A stretch of DNA of 37,764 nucleotides from Vicinamibacteria bacterium (GTDB lineage Bacteria; Acidobacteriota; Vicinamibacteria; Fen-336; JAGNNV01). Position numbers and translations under genes: made by a program. The DNA is taken from positions 1 to 37,764 of the forward strand of contig JANLWV010000190.1 of the NCBI GenBank assembly GCA_031364765.1, read 5' to 3'. This document shows, one piece after another, positions 16,856 through 25,331 of the stretch. The notes beneath the pieces are model-generated. The model was not told the origin of the DNA. It made no database searches and saw only the letters and a list, made by a program, of their open reading frames with translations. Numbering within the stretch: the stretch's first letter is position 1; each line of letters starts with the position of its first letter.

Positions 16856-17737
16856 ATGCGTTCAAGTCTTGTCTTGCTTTCACTGTCTGGAATCGGCCTC
16901 GCCCTTCTCGCCGGGACCGTACTGCAGGCGCGCCCTCAGGGAGTCGAGGCGTCGCCGACCGTCACCACCGGGCTCGTTCCGCGCGCCGGTGTGGCCGCCG
17001 AGGGCCGCGTGGTCGCGTACCCCGGCGCTGAGGTCACCATTGGAGCCGATGCGATCGGCCGACTGCTGCGCGTGAACGTGGAGGAGGGTGACACCGTGCG
17101 GACGGGCCAGGTTCTCGCCGAGATCGACGCCAGCGATTTGACGGCGAGCCGCGACGAAGCGAAGGCCCGGCTTGAGGAGGCGGTCGCGGAAAGGCATCTC
17201 GCGCAATTGAACGCCGATCGCAAGGTTCGTCTCTTCTCCGAAGGGGTCCTCCCCGCCCACGACCGCGACGCCGCGGCCCGCGACGTGGAGATCACGCAGG
17301 CGCGGATCGAAACCGCCAATGCTTCGATCCGGCGTCTCGAGGCCACGATCGCAAAGACGCGGATGATCGCTCCGATCGGCGGCACCGTGACCTCAAGGAT
17401 CGTCAATGCCGGACAGATGGTCGATCGTGGCGACCCCGCGTTCGTCATCGCGGATTTGGACCGCCTGCGCATCGAGGGCGAGGCCCATGAGGCCGACGCC
17501 TCGCGCGTGGGGATCGGCGCCGAAGTCGAGATCCGCGCGGATGGTTTCCCGGGCCAGACCTTCCGCGGCCGCGTCGAGGAAATCCCCGGCAGCGTGACCC
17601 TGCGTCGGATCAAGCCGCAGGACCCGGCACGGCCCACGGATGTTCGCGTGTTGGCGTTGAAGGTCGCGTTCGACGGGAAAACGCCGCTCAAGCTCGGGAG
17701 CACCGTCGACCTGGTGGTCAGCGCTTCCCTGAGGTAG
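16856..17737 (+). CDS. HlyD/MFP family efflux periplasmic adaptor subunit
   Basis: 293-aa ORF with a signal/anchor (LVLLSLSGIGLALLAG), a lipoyl-like/barrel-sandwich motif (GDTVRTGQVLAEID), a coiled-coil and a beta-barrel (IAPIGGTVTSR). It is the fourth gene of the TetR-permease-ATPase-adaptor cluster. Confidence 0.88.
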   Translation: MRSSLVLLSLSGIGLALLAGTVLQARPQGVEASPTVTTGLVPRAGVAAEGRVVAYPGAEVTIGADAIGRLLRVNVEEGDTVRTGQVLAEIDASDLTASRDEAKARLEEAVAERHLAQLNADRKVRLFSEGVLPAHDRDAAARDVEITQARIETANASIRRLEATIAKTRMIAPIGGTVTSRIVNAGQMVDRGDPAFVIADLDRLRIEGEAHEADASRVGIGAEVEIRADGFPGQTFRGRVEEIPGSVTLRRIKPQDPARPTDVRVLALKVAFDGKTPLKLGSTVDLVVSASLR

Positions 17738-17760
17738 GGCGCCAGTTCGGGTGGCCGACC

Positions 17761-18525
17761 TTGACGGGTATGTTCTCACCCGTGGGACTCTTCCGGTCGA
17801 GGACGGTGGTGGCGCCACTTTCGGAGACGGATCTCGCCTTCCTTCGAGACTGGTCGCATCCCTACTCGGAAATGACCGGCGCCCTCAGGGCAGAGTTCGA
17901 GACCCAGGCCGCCCACTTCCTCGCGACCAGACGGATCACCGGCGTGAGCCTGAAGGGCGAGGCCCTGCGCGAGGACAAACTGCTGGTCGCCGCCTCGGCC
18001 TGCACTCTCTCAAGCGGCTGGCCCGGATATCGGTGGACGGACGTCTCGGAAGTCCTCCTGTATCCGGATGATTTTGATCGCGACTACCAGATCGCGGACG
18101 GGGACGAGGACACCGCAGGGGAGCTCTCGGGCGAAGCGCATCCGTGGGGTACGGTCATCCTCTCGCTTCCCACTCTTGAAGAGAGCTTCGAGGACCCGCA
18201 AGACGGGTATCACGTCGGGTATCACGAATTCGCCCACGTCCTGGACCGCGACACCGCGTCGGGCGTCGGTTCTGACGGTGACGGCGGCCTTCCATCGAAT
18301 ATCGACGGGAAGTTTGCCGCCCTCTTGGGAAAGGCGCTTCTGACCACCCGGGCTGCGCTTGAGCAGGAAGAGTCCCCCCTTGATCCATACGGCCTCAAGT
18401 CCCCGGCCGAGCTGTGGGCGGTGGCCGTCGAAGGGTTCTTCGAAACTTCAAGTGCTATGGCGGACGCGCACCCGGAGCTGCATCAGCTTCTGGATCTGTA
18501 CTTCAACCAGCGTTCGCGGAATTAG
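17761..18525 (+). CDS. MtfA-like zinc-dependent peptidase (M90 / DUF980 family)
   Basis: 254-aa ORF (TTG 17761; ATG 17770 is an alternative start). HExxH motif HEFAH followed by the family-typical C-terminus (ELWAVAVEGFFE...HPELHQLLDLYF). Confidence 0.8.
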   Translation: MTGMFSPVGLFRSRTVVAPLSETDLAFLRDWSHPYSEMTGALRAEFETQAAHFLATRRITGVSLKGEALREDKLLVAASACTLSSGWPGYRWTDVSEVLLYPDDFDRDYQIADGDEDTAGELSGEAHPWGTVILSLPTLEESFEDPQDGYHVGYHEFAHVLDRDTASGVGSDGDGGLPSNIDGKFAALLGKALLTTRAALEQEESPLDPYGLKSPAELWAVAVEGFFETSSAMADAHPELHQLLDLYFNQRSRN

Positions 18526-18529
18526 TTGG

Positions 18530-18925
18530 TCAAGAGGCGGCGGGCGGCGGTTCTGGGATGCCGGGTCGCACCTTCAAGGTCGTTTCCTTCCGGATCTGAA
18601 CGGTGCCCACTCTGGCGCCTCGCGGTTTGGAGACGTTCCGGGCCTGCGTGCAACTGACGGGAACGACACCTCCCCCTCGCGCCTTGCTGTGATACGCGGC
18701 GATCCCGGCCGCGCGTTTCAGGGTTTCACGGTCAGGCTCTTCGCCCTCCGGCCCTTGAAGCACAACGTGGGATCCCGGAAGCCCATGAGCGTGAAACCAG
18801 TAGTCATCGGGGCGGGCGATCCTGAGGCTCAGGCACTCGTTGTCCTCATCCGTCTTCCCGGCAAGGACCGTCCATCCGCCGGGCAGCGTGTACTCGAAAA
18901 CTCGAACGTGCTCGCGGAAAATCAT
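18530..18925 (-). CDS. small NFACT-R_1 / DUF814 domain protein
   Basis: Motif DYWFHAHGLPGSHVVL...AAYHSKAR is typical of DUF814. The longest ORF runs to 19054 but would overlap tRNA-Ala on the other strand, so ATG 18925 (MIFREHVRVFEY...) is the more likely start. Confidence 0.72.
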   Translation of the reverse strand: MIFREHVRVFEYTLPGGWTVLAGKTDEDNECLSLRIARPDDYWFHAHGLPGSHVVLQGPEGEEPDRETLKRAAGIAAYHSKARGGGVVPVSCTQARNVSKPRGARVGTVQIRKETTLKVRPGIPEPPPAAS

Positions 18926-19012
18926 CGGGCGACGATATTCCAACCGCTCCACGGCGCGGACGCGCGAAGAACGGGTGAGGTCTGGTATCGTTCGCGTCCT
19001 TTCGAAAGACGT

Positions 19013-19088
<76 letters not shown>

Positions 19089-19098
19089 ATTCTTCTTT

Positions 19099-19151
19099 AG
19101 GTGGGGGGCCGCCATGTATCCCGTTCGCCTGCTCAGCCCCCCACGCCCCCG
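19099..19151. repeat. REP-like extragenic palindromic element, copy 2
   Basis: AGGTGGGGGGCCGC (identical 14-mer to 11179-11192) ... CTCAGCCCCCCACGCCCCCG. GTGGGGGGC pairs with GCCCCCCAC. It starts 11 nt after the tRNA-Ala CCA end. A further hairpin GGCCCGA-gtgaa-TCGGGCC lies at 19160-19178. Confidence 0.6.
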
Positions 19152-19248
19152 GGCGCTACGGCCCGAGTGAATCGGGCCTCCGCTTGGCTCAGGCAGGGCG
19201 GTCCGCCACCCTCGGCTCCTCTTCGTTCACCTGCGAAAATCGGCTGAC

Positions 19249-19800
19249 ATGGCAAACCTCAAATCGATCTGCGTGTACTGCGGCTCGTCGGTCGGTGTGA
19301 AACCCGAGTACGCGCGCGCCGCTCGGGAGATGGGGCGCCTGATCGCGACTTCAGGACGCACGCTCGTCTACGGCGGCGGCGGCGTAGGACTCATGGGTGA
19401 GATGGCCCGCGCCGCCATGGCAGCGGGCGGACACGTGATCGGCGTGATCCCCGCTCACCTCAACACCGCCGAGCGGGCTTACCAGGACGTGGAATTGCGT
19501 GTAGTCAAGACCATGCATGAACGCAAGCAGATGATGGCTGATCTGGCCGAGGGTTTCATCGCCCTGCCCGGCGGCCTGGGCACGTTCGAAGAACTGTTCG
19601 AAATCCTGACCTGGAACCAGATCGGGCTCCACGGAAAGCCCGTGGGACTGCTGAACGTCGCGGGCTACTTCGATGCTCTTCTCGGCGTGATCGAACTGTC
19701 GGTTCGGGAAGGCTTCGCAAAAGGCTCGGCGAGATCAAGGATCCTGGTCAGGGAGTCGCCTTCGGATCTTCTGGACTCCATGGAAGGTAACCCGGGCTAG
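19249..19800 (+). CDS. LOG family protein (TIGR00730; cytokinin riboside 5'-monophosphate phosphoribohydrolase-like)
   Basis: 183-aa ORF with motifs VYCGSS, LVYGGGGVGLMG, PGGLGTFEE and a family-typical length. Confidence 0.92.
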   Translation: MANLKSICVYCGSSVGVKPEYARAAREMGRLIATSGRTLVYGGGGVGLMGEMARAAMAAGGHVIGVIPAHLNTAERAYQDVELRVVKTMHERKQMMADLAEGFIALPGGLGTFEELFEILTWNQIGLHGKPVGLLNVAGYFDALLGVIELSVREGFAKGSARSRILVRESPSDLLDSMEGNPG

Positions 19801-19804
19801 GACA

Positions 19805-20038
19805 CTACGATTTGGGCTGCATGGGAGGCAGGGTTCGGGCTTCGATCGCCGAGGTAAAGCCGCACTTGGCGTGGGAGCCGTCGCAAAAGGGCTTGTTCGC
19901 GGACTGGCCGCAGCGGCAAAGGCCGATGGCCACGCGACCGGCGAGATCAAAGGTCTTCCCGGTTTCGTCCTGAATTTCGAAGTCGCCTTCGACGCGGATG
20001 GAACCGTTGCTCTTGACGATGATCTTGGTGGCGGCCAT
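19805..20038 (-). CDS. CDGSH iron-sulfur domain-containing protein
   Basis: 77-aa ORF with the signature CRCGQSANKPFCDGSH. Confidence 0.9.
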   Translation of the reverse strand: MAATKIIVKSNGSIRVEGDFEIQDETGKTFDLAGRVAIGLCRCGQSANKPFCDGSHAKCGFTSAIEARTLPPMQPKS

Positions 20039-20110
20039 GGAAAGTTTCCTTGCTTAAACTGGGAACGAGCCCAAGGATGATATCGGACCGCGCCCGTTAG
20101 ACTCGCTCGC

Positions 20111-21067
20111 TTGAACCTTGGAGAAGCCGTCACCAGAGTGCGTCTGAAGGCCGGGTGGATCCAACTCGATCGCCTCAGCCTGATCAAGGTCTTCGGTCCT
20201 CAGCGGGTGAAGTTCCTCCACAGCCTGCTCTCGAACGACATCGCCGGACTCGTGCCCGGAAACAGCCGGCTGGCTGCTCTCATGAATCTCAAGGGCCAGC
20301 AGGTCGCCTGGATGCGTGTCCTGGCCGAAGCCGACGCTCTCTTCTGCGAGACGTCTTCGGCGGTGCGCGAGACCGTGGTGGAGACCTTCATCCACTACAA
20401 GGTGGGAGCGCCGGTTCGGTTCGAGAAGCCGGACGCGAGGGTTTTCGGCCTCCTCGGACCCGCGGCGCCTGACGCCATCCTTGCCCTCGGCTTCGAGGCG
20501 CCCCCGGTGAGAGCCGAGACTTTCTCGACCGCTCAGGGCTCCTTCGGCGTGCTGCGGGCGAGTCGCGGCCTCGACATGCCGGCGTCGGGATTCACGCTTC
20601 ACGTCGGGACGACCGCGGCGGCGGCGGTCGAGGAGAAGCTCCGCTCTCTGCTCGGCGAGCCCTTAAGCCAGCCGACACTCGAAACGCTTCGCGTCGAGGA
20701 AGGCATCCCGTGGCACGGAATCGACGTGAAGGAAGAGAACCTCCTGCACGAGACGGGTCAACTCGAGGTTTACCACTCGCCCTCGAAGGGGTGTTATCTG
20801 GGCCAGGAAGTTGTGGCGCGGCTCGAGGGTCGAGGGGGCAACGTCAACAAGAGGTTCCGTGGCTTGAGGGGCTCGCGGCTGGCATCGGCTGGAGACGAGA
20901 TCATGGCCGACGAGAAGGTCATCGGTCGAGTGACCAGCGCCGGCCTTTCGCCGGAGTTCGGCGCCATCGCGATGGGGTTTGTGCATCGCTCGCATGCCGA
21001 AGCGGGAACACGGGTGAGCCTTGCCGGACTTGAGGCGGAGATCGTGTCGCTTCCCTTCAAAGCCTGA
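20111..21067 (+). CDS. ygfZ: YgfZ/GcvT-family folate-binding protein (Fe-S cluster assembly/repair factor)
   Basis: 318-aa ORF (TTG start) with an aminomethyltransferase-like fold and the YgfZ signature KGCYLGQE. Its stop TGA overlaps the ATG of the next gene by 1 nt. Confidence 0.82.
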   Translation: MNLGEAVTRVRLKAGWIQLDRLSLIKVFGPQRVKFLHSLLSNDIAGLVPGNSRLAALMNLKGQQVAWMRVLAEADALFCETSSAVRETVVETFIHYKVGAPVRFEKPDARVFGLLGPAAPDAILALGFEAPPVRAETFSTAQGSFGVLRASRGLDMPASGFTLHVGTTAAAAVEEKLRSLLGEPLSQPTLETLRVEEGIPWHGIDVKEENLLHETGQLEVYHSPSKGCYLGQEVVARLEGRGGNVNKRFRGLRGSRLASAGDEIMADEKVIGRVTSAGLSPEFGAIAMGFVHRSHAEAGTRVSLAGLEAEIVSLPFKA

Positions 21068-22314
21068 TGCCGACAGGAGCGGCGGCGCGCAAGCTGAAGT
21101 GGACGCTCTTCGGAGCGCAGGCGATGGGATCGGCCGGCTTCCTCGTGGCCGCAACCGTCACACCGATTGTGGGCGCGGAACTCTCGGGCCGGCCTTCGTT
21201 CGCGGGGGTTCCGACGGCTTTTTACTGGGCGGGCGGTGCTCTGGCGACACTCGTCTGGGGCCGCCTGATGGATCCCATCGGACGTCGAAAGACGCTCTCG
21301 CTGGGCCTCCTGGTGGGCGTCTTTGGCGCCATCATCGCGTCCCTATTCGTGGTCCGGCATTCGTTCCCGGGCTTCGTCCTCGGACTCGCTCTCATGGGGG
21401 CGGCCAATTCCGCCCTCCAACTCGCGAGGTTCATGGCGGGCGAGGTTCACCGAGTTGAGGAGCGGGGGCGGGCCATTTCGACGGTGGTTCTCGGCGGAAC
21501 CGTCGGAGCGGTTCTCGGCCCGGCGCTGGTGGCCCCCATGTCGGCGCTGGCGGCCGCCTTTAGAGGGCCGCCCCTCGCCGGCCCCTATGCGGCAAGCGCC
21601 GCGTTTTTCTCCATCGGTGCTGTGGTCGTGGCCGTCCTCCTGCGGCCGGACCCTCGCGATCTGGCCCGGGAGGTTCAGGGCGCAACCGCGGCCCCTCTGA
21701 CCGCGATTCGGCCGGTGCGGGAGATCCTGAGCGATCGTGGGATTCAGATTGCCGGTCTCACCATGGCCCTGTCGCAGCTCGTCATGGTCATGCTGATGGT
21801 CATCACTTCCCTGCACATGTCGCACCACCATCACGCGCTTTCGAGCATCGCGGCGGTCATGTCGTCTCATGTCTTCGGGATGTACGCGTTCTCGGTGGTG
21901 TCCGGACGCTTTGCCGACAGGTGGGGAAGGGGCCCGCTGATCGGGGTCGGGGCCCTGGTTCTCGTCGCTTCCTGTTTGACGGCGACGATCTCCACGGACG
22001 TGGCGGCGCTCGCCTTCGCTCTCTTCCTTCTGGGACTTGGCTGGAACTTCTGCTACGTGGGCGGTTCGACGCTTCTCTCGGACAGCCTGACCCAGGGTGA
22101 GCGGGCGCGGATTCAGAGCATCAATGACTTCGTGCTGACCAGTCTCGCCGGCGCGGGAAGCGCGCTGTCGGGTTTCGTCTTCTCCACAGTCGGCTACGCG
22201 ATGATGGGGTACGTGAGCGCATTTGTGTCACTCGTCCTCGTCTGGTTGAGTGCCCAGGTCCATAAACACGGTGACGCACCGAGAATGCCGGGGCGCCCGT
22301 ATCGCAAGGCGTGA
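21067..22314 (+). CDS. MFS transporter
   Basis: 415-aa ORF with ~12 hydrophobic segments and an MFS motif A-like loop (GRLMDPIGRRKT, and RFADRWGRG in the second half). Confidence 0.88.
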   Translation: MPTGAAARKLKWTLFGAQAMGSAGFLVAATVTPIVGAELSGRPSFAGVPTAFYWAGGALATLVWGRLMDPIGRRKTLSLGLLVGVFGAIIASLFVVRHSFPGFVLGLALMGAANSALQLARFMAGEVHRVEERGRAISTVVLGGTVGAVLGPALVAPMSALAAAFRGPPLAGPYAASAAFFSIGAVVVAVLLRPDPRDLAREVQGATAAPLTAIRPVREILSDRGIQIAGLTMALSQLVMVMLMVITSLHMSHHHHALSSIAAVMSSHVFGMYAFSVVSGRFADRWGRGPLIGVGALVLVASCLTATISTDVAALAFALFLLGLGWNFCYVGGSTLLSDSLTQGERARIQSINDFVLTSLAGAGSALSGFVFSTVGYAMMGYVSAFVSLVLVWLSAQVHKHGDAPRMPGRPYRKA

Positions 22315-22460
22315 GGAGCGGCGCATAGAGGGGCTTATGCAACCGACGAGCCACACACGGGATGCTTGGGCGTTCGAATGCCACCGCATTTGTGGATCGG
22401 GGCACTAAGCCGCAGGGTGTCGAGACGCGCGGCGTTGTAAGGCAACCCCGAGGGTCGGTC

Positions 22461-23141
22461 CTACGCGCCAAGTTTCGTGGCCAGATCGTCCAGCGAACGC
22501 ACACGCACGCAATCGCGATCGTGGTTCAGGCCGGTGGGGTCGAGCAGGATTGCCTCAAGTCCAGCACGACGTGCGCCGACCACGTCGATCTCATAGAAGT
22601 CGCCCACGTGAACCGTCGTCTCCTTCCGCGATCCGCTTCGTTCCAGGGCGATCTCGAAGAAGCGAGGGTCGGGCTTCTCGACTTTCTCCACATGCGAATC
22701 GAAGACGGCGTCGAAATACGGGGTGAGACCCAGACGATCGAAATGAGCGTGAAGGGTGCCGTTCGCGTTGGAGACGACCACGCGCCTCAGACCGCGCGCG
22801 CGCAAGCGGCCGAGAAACGGGATCAACTCTTCGGGGACGGTCTCCCAGAGGTTGTTCGCGGCGTGATACGCGCGAAGTTCCGTGAGCGCGTCTCGAACCG
22901 GGTCGTCGATCTCGATTCCCGCGCGCCGCAAGACCGTCGCGAAATACACGAGGCCCCGGCTGTCGTCGTCGGAACTCCTGATGAAGGAAGGATCCTCGAG
23001 GTCGCGTTTTGCGAGAGGCTCAACCAGGCGGAGAGCCTCGCCGCTTGTCTTCACGCCGTGACCCCCAAGAGTTAGGGCGACCCGATCGAAGTTCGGGTGA
23101 ACGAGGACCCCGCCCGCGTCAAGAAAGACAGTTTCGATCAC
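22461..23141 (-). CDS. HAD-superfamily hydrolase (subfamily IA)
   Basis: 226-aa ORF. Motif I FLDAGGVL, motif II VVSN, motif III/IV K...VGD..EIDVVGA. Confidence 0.87.
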   Translation of the reverse strand: MIETVFLDAGGVLVHPNFDRVALTLGGHGVKTSGEALRLVEPLAKRDLEDPSFIRSSDDDSRGLVYFATVLRRAGIEIDDPVRDALTELRAYHAANNLWETVPEELIPFLGRLRARGLRRVVVSNANGTLHAHFDRLGLTPYFDAVFDSHVEKVEKPDPRFFEIALERSGSRKETTVHVGDFYEIDVVGARRAGLEAILLDPTGLNHDRDCVRVRSLDDLATKLGA

Positions 23142-23194
23142 GGGCTCATTCTCGCAAGTTACGGTCCAGGGGCCACGGGTAGAATCCCCGCCCC

Positions 23195-24244
23195 GTGACT
23201 TCGGACAAACCTTCCGCAGATCGCCTCGCCCCAGGACAGCTGATTGAGCTCTACTACTTCCTCAAGCTCAATCGAGGTCTCGAAGAGAAGCTCTCGAATC
23301 TCTACCGCCAGGGCAAGGTGGTGGGAGGTCTCTATCGAAGCCTAGGCCAGGAGGCCTGCTCGATCGGAAGCGCCTACGCCCTGGAGCGAGGCGACATCTT
23401 CACACCTCTGATTCGCAATCTGGGCGCCATTCTGGTTCGCGGCGGTTCGCCGCACGACATCTTCTGCCAGTACATGGCCAAGGCCGATTCACCCACGCGC
23501 GGGCGCGACTTGAACGTGCACTTCGGCTGGCTGTCCCCCGAGGGTTCGATGCCTTCGGTGATCTCGATGCTCGGCGACATGATCCCGATCCTTACCGGCG
23601 CGGTTATGGCCGAACGAATGAACGGCCGGCGTACGGTCGCGCTCACCTGGATCGGCGATGGAGGAACCTCGACCGGGGCATTTCATGAGGGTTTGAATCT
23701 GGCCTGCGTTCAGAAAGCCCCGCTCGTGCTCATCGTCGAAAACAATGGCTGGGCCTATTCGACGCCGACCGCGCGGCAGACCGCCAACACGAGGTTTGTG
23801 GATCGGGCCAAGGCTTACGGATGTTTCGGAGATCAGGTGGACGGCAACGACGTCCTCGCCGTGTATGACGCGACCCGGACGGCCATCCAGAAAGCGCGCC
23901 AGGGGCTCGGACCGACGCTGATCGAGGCGTTGACCATGAGGATGAAAGGCCACGCCGAGCACGACGTCATGAAGTACGTGCCCCAGGAGCAGTTGGACAT
24001 ATGGGCGCCACGTGACCCCATCGCTCGCTTCGAGAAGTTTCTGCTCACAAACGGCCTGGCCGCGAGCGATCTTCAGGCCATCGCAACCCGGGTGGACGAG
24101 GAACTCGTCACGGAGCTCGCCAGCGCTGAGGCGTCCCCAATGCCCTTAGGCAGCACGGCCAGCACCGACGTGTACTTCGGATCCACGGCCGAAGACGCGA
24201 CGCCCGAAATTGTGCGGGAATCAAAGCTGGCGCGGAAACGATAG
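23195..24244 (+). CDS. 2-oxoacid (pyruvate/branched-chain/acetoin type) dehydrogenase E1 component, alpha subunit (TPP-dependent)
   Basis: 349-aa ORF (GTG start) with the TPP-binding motif IGDGGTSTGAFHEGLNLA...LVLIVENNGWAYSTP and the phospho-loop-like MRMKGHAEHD. Confidence 0.92.
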   Translation: MTSDKPSADRLAPGQLIELYYFLKLNRGLEEKLSNLYRQGKVVGGLYRSLGQEACSIGSAYALERGDIFTPLIRNLGAILVRGGSPHDIFCQYMAKADSPTRGRDLNVHFGWLSPEGSMPSVISMLGDMIPILTGAVMAERMNGRRTVALTWIGDGGTSTGAFHEGLNLACVQKAPLVLIVENNGWAYSTPTARQTANTRFVDRAKAYGCFGDQVDGNDVLAVYDATRTAIQKARQGLGPTLIEALTMRMKGHAEHDVMKYVPQEQLDIWAPRDPIARFEKFLLTNGLAASDLQAIATRVDEELVTELASAEASPMPLGSTASTDVYFGSTAEDATPEIVRESKLARKR

Positions 24245-24248
24245 CGCC

Positions 24249-25223
24249 ATGGCCCAACTCACGTACCTCGAAGCCATAAGGCAGGCCATGGACGAGGAGA
24301 TGTCCCGAGATCCGCGTGTTTTCATTCTTGGTGAAGACGTGGGCGCCTACGGCGGCGCCTTCCGGGTCACCCAGGGGTTCCTGGAAAAGTTCGGTCCCGA
24401 GCGGATCATCGACACGCCCATCTCCGAAACCGGCCTCATCGGCGCGGCGATCGGCGCTTCGCTCTTCGGCATGAGACCCATTGCGGAGTTGCAGTTCATC
24501 GACTTCATCGCCTGCGGTTTCAATCAGATCGTGAACTACGCGGCGAAAAGCCGGTATCGCTGGGGCGGCGGCGTGCCTATCGTGATCCGTGGGCCGGCCG
24601 GCGCCGGGGTCCACGGCGGACCCTTCCACTCGCAGAGTCCCGAGTCGTACTTTATGAACGTCCCCGGTCTGAAGATTGTCGTCCCCGCCACCCCCACCGA
24701 CGCGAAGGGCTTGATGATCGCGGCGATTCGCGACCCCGATCCCGTTATTTTTCTCGAGCACAAGTTCCTCTAACGGCGGCTGAAGGAGGACGTGCCCGAA
24801 GGCGACTACACAACACCGATCGGCGAGGCCCGGGTGGCCCTTGCGGGCGAGGATGTTTCGATCATCACGTATGGGGCGATGGTCCACGCCTCCCTTGAGG
24901 CCGCGGAGATCGTGGCTCTTGAAGGCCTCAGCGTCGAGATCCTCGATCTCCGGACGCTGCTGCCCATGGACCGTCCTCGGATTCTGGAGACGGTGAAGAA
25001 GACGGGGCGGGCTCTGATCGTCCACGAAGCCACCAAGACCGGTGGTCCGGGCGGCGAAATCGCGGCTCTCATCGCCGAGTTTGCCTTCCTTCACCTCGAC
25101 GCCCCGATTGTCCGTGTGGCCCCGCCGGATACCCCGGTTCCGTACTCGCCGCCGCTCGAAGAGTTCTTCCTGCCGAACGCTTCGAAGATCGCCGATGCGA
25201 TCCGCGCCCTCGCTGAGTACTGA
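24249..25223 (+). pseudogene. 2-oxoacid dehydrogenase E1 component beta subunit, interrupted by one in-frame TAA (24771-24773)
   Basis: ATG 24249 (MAQLTYLEAIRQAMDEEM...) lies 5 nt after the E1alpha stop. The ORF pieces 24249-24773 and 24792-25223 are in the same frame and together give a normal ~323-aa E1beta. The stop interrupts the motif FLEHKFL*RRLKEDVPEGDY, where homologues carry Tyr (TAY). Confidence 0.88.
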
Positions 25224-25331
25224 AGGACGATCCACTCTTCAAAGCTAGACTATGTGTTCGTTTCCAGGCGGCGACAAAAGCTTCGGTTCCGATCTTCGTG
25301 GCTACGCCCTTCTTCTTCGTGTGAGGTAACA

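Noticed and set aside
22315-22460. tRNA-like or small RNA signal (GGGCGTTCGAATGCC, T-loop-like) in the MFS/HAD convergent spacer
   Set aside because: I could not fold an acceptor, D or anticodon arm on either strand. Only 3-5-bp stems are present.
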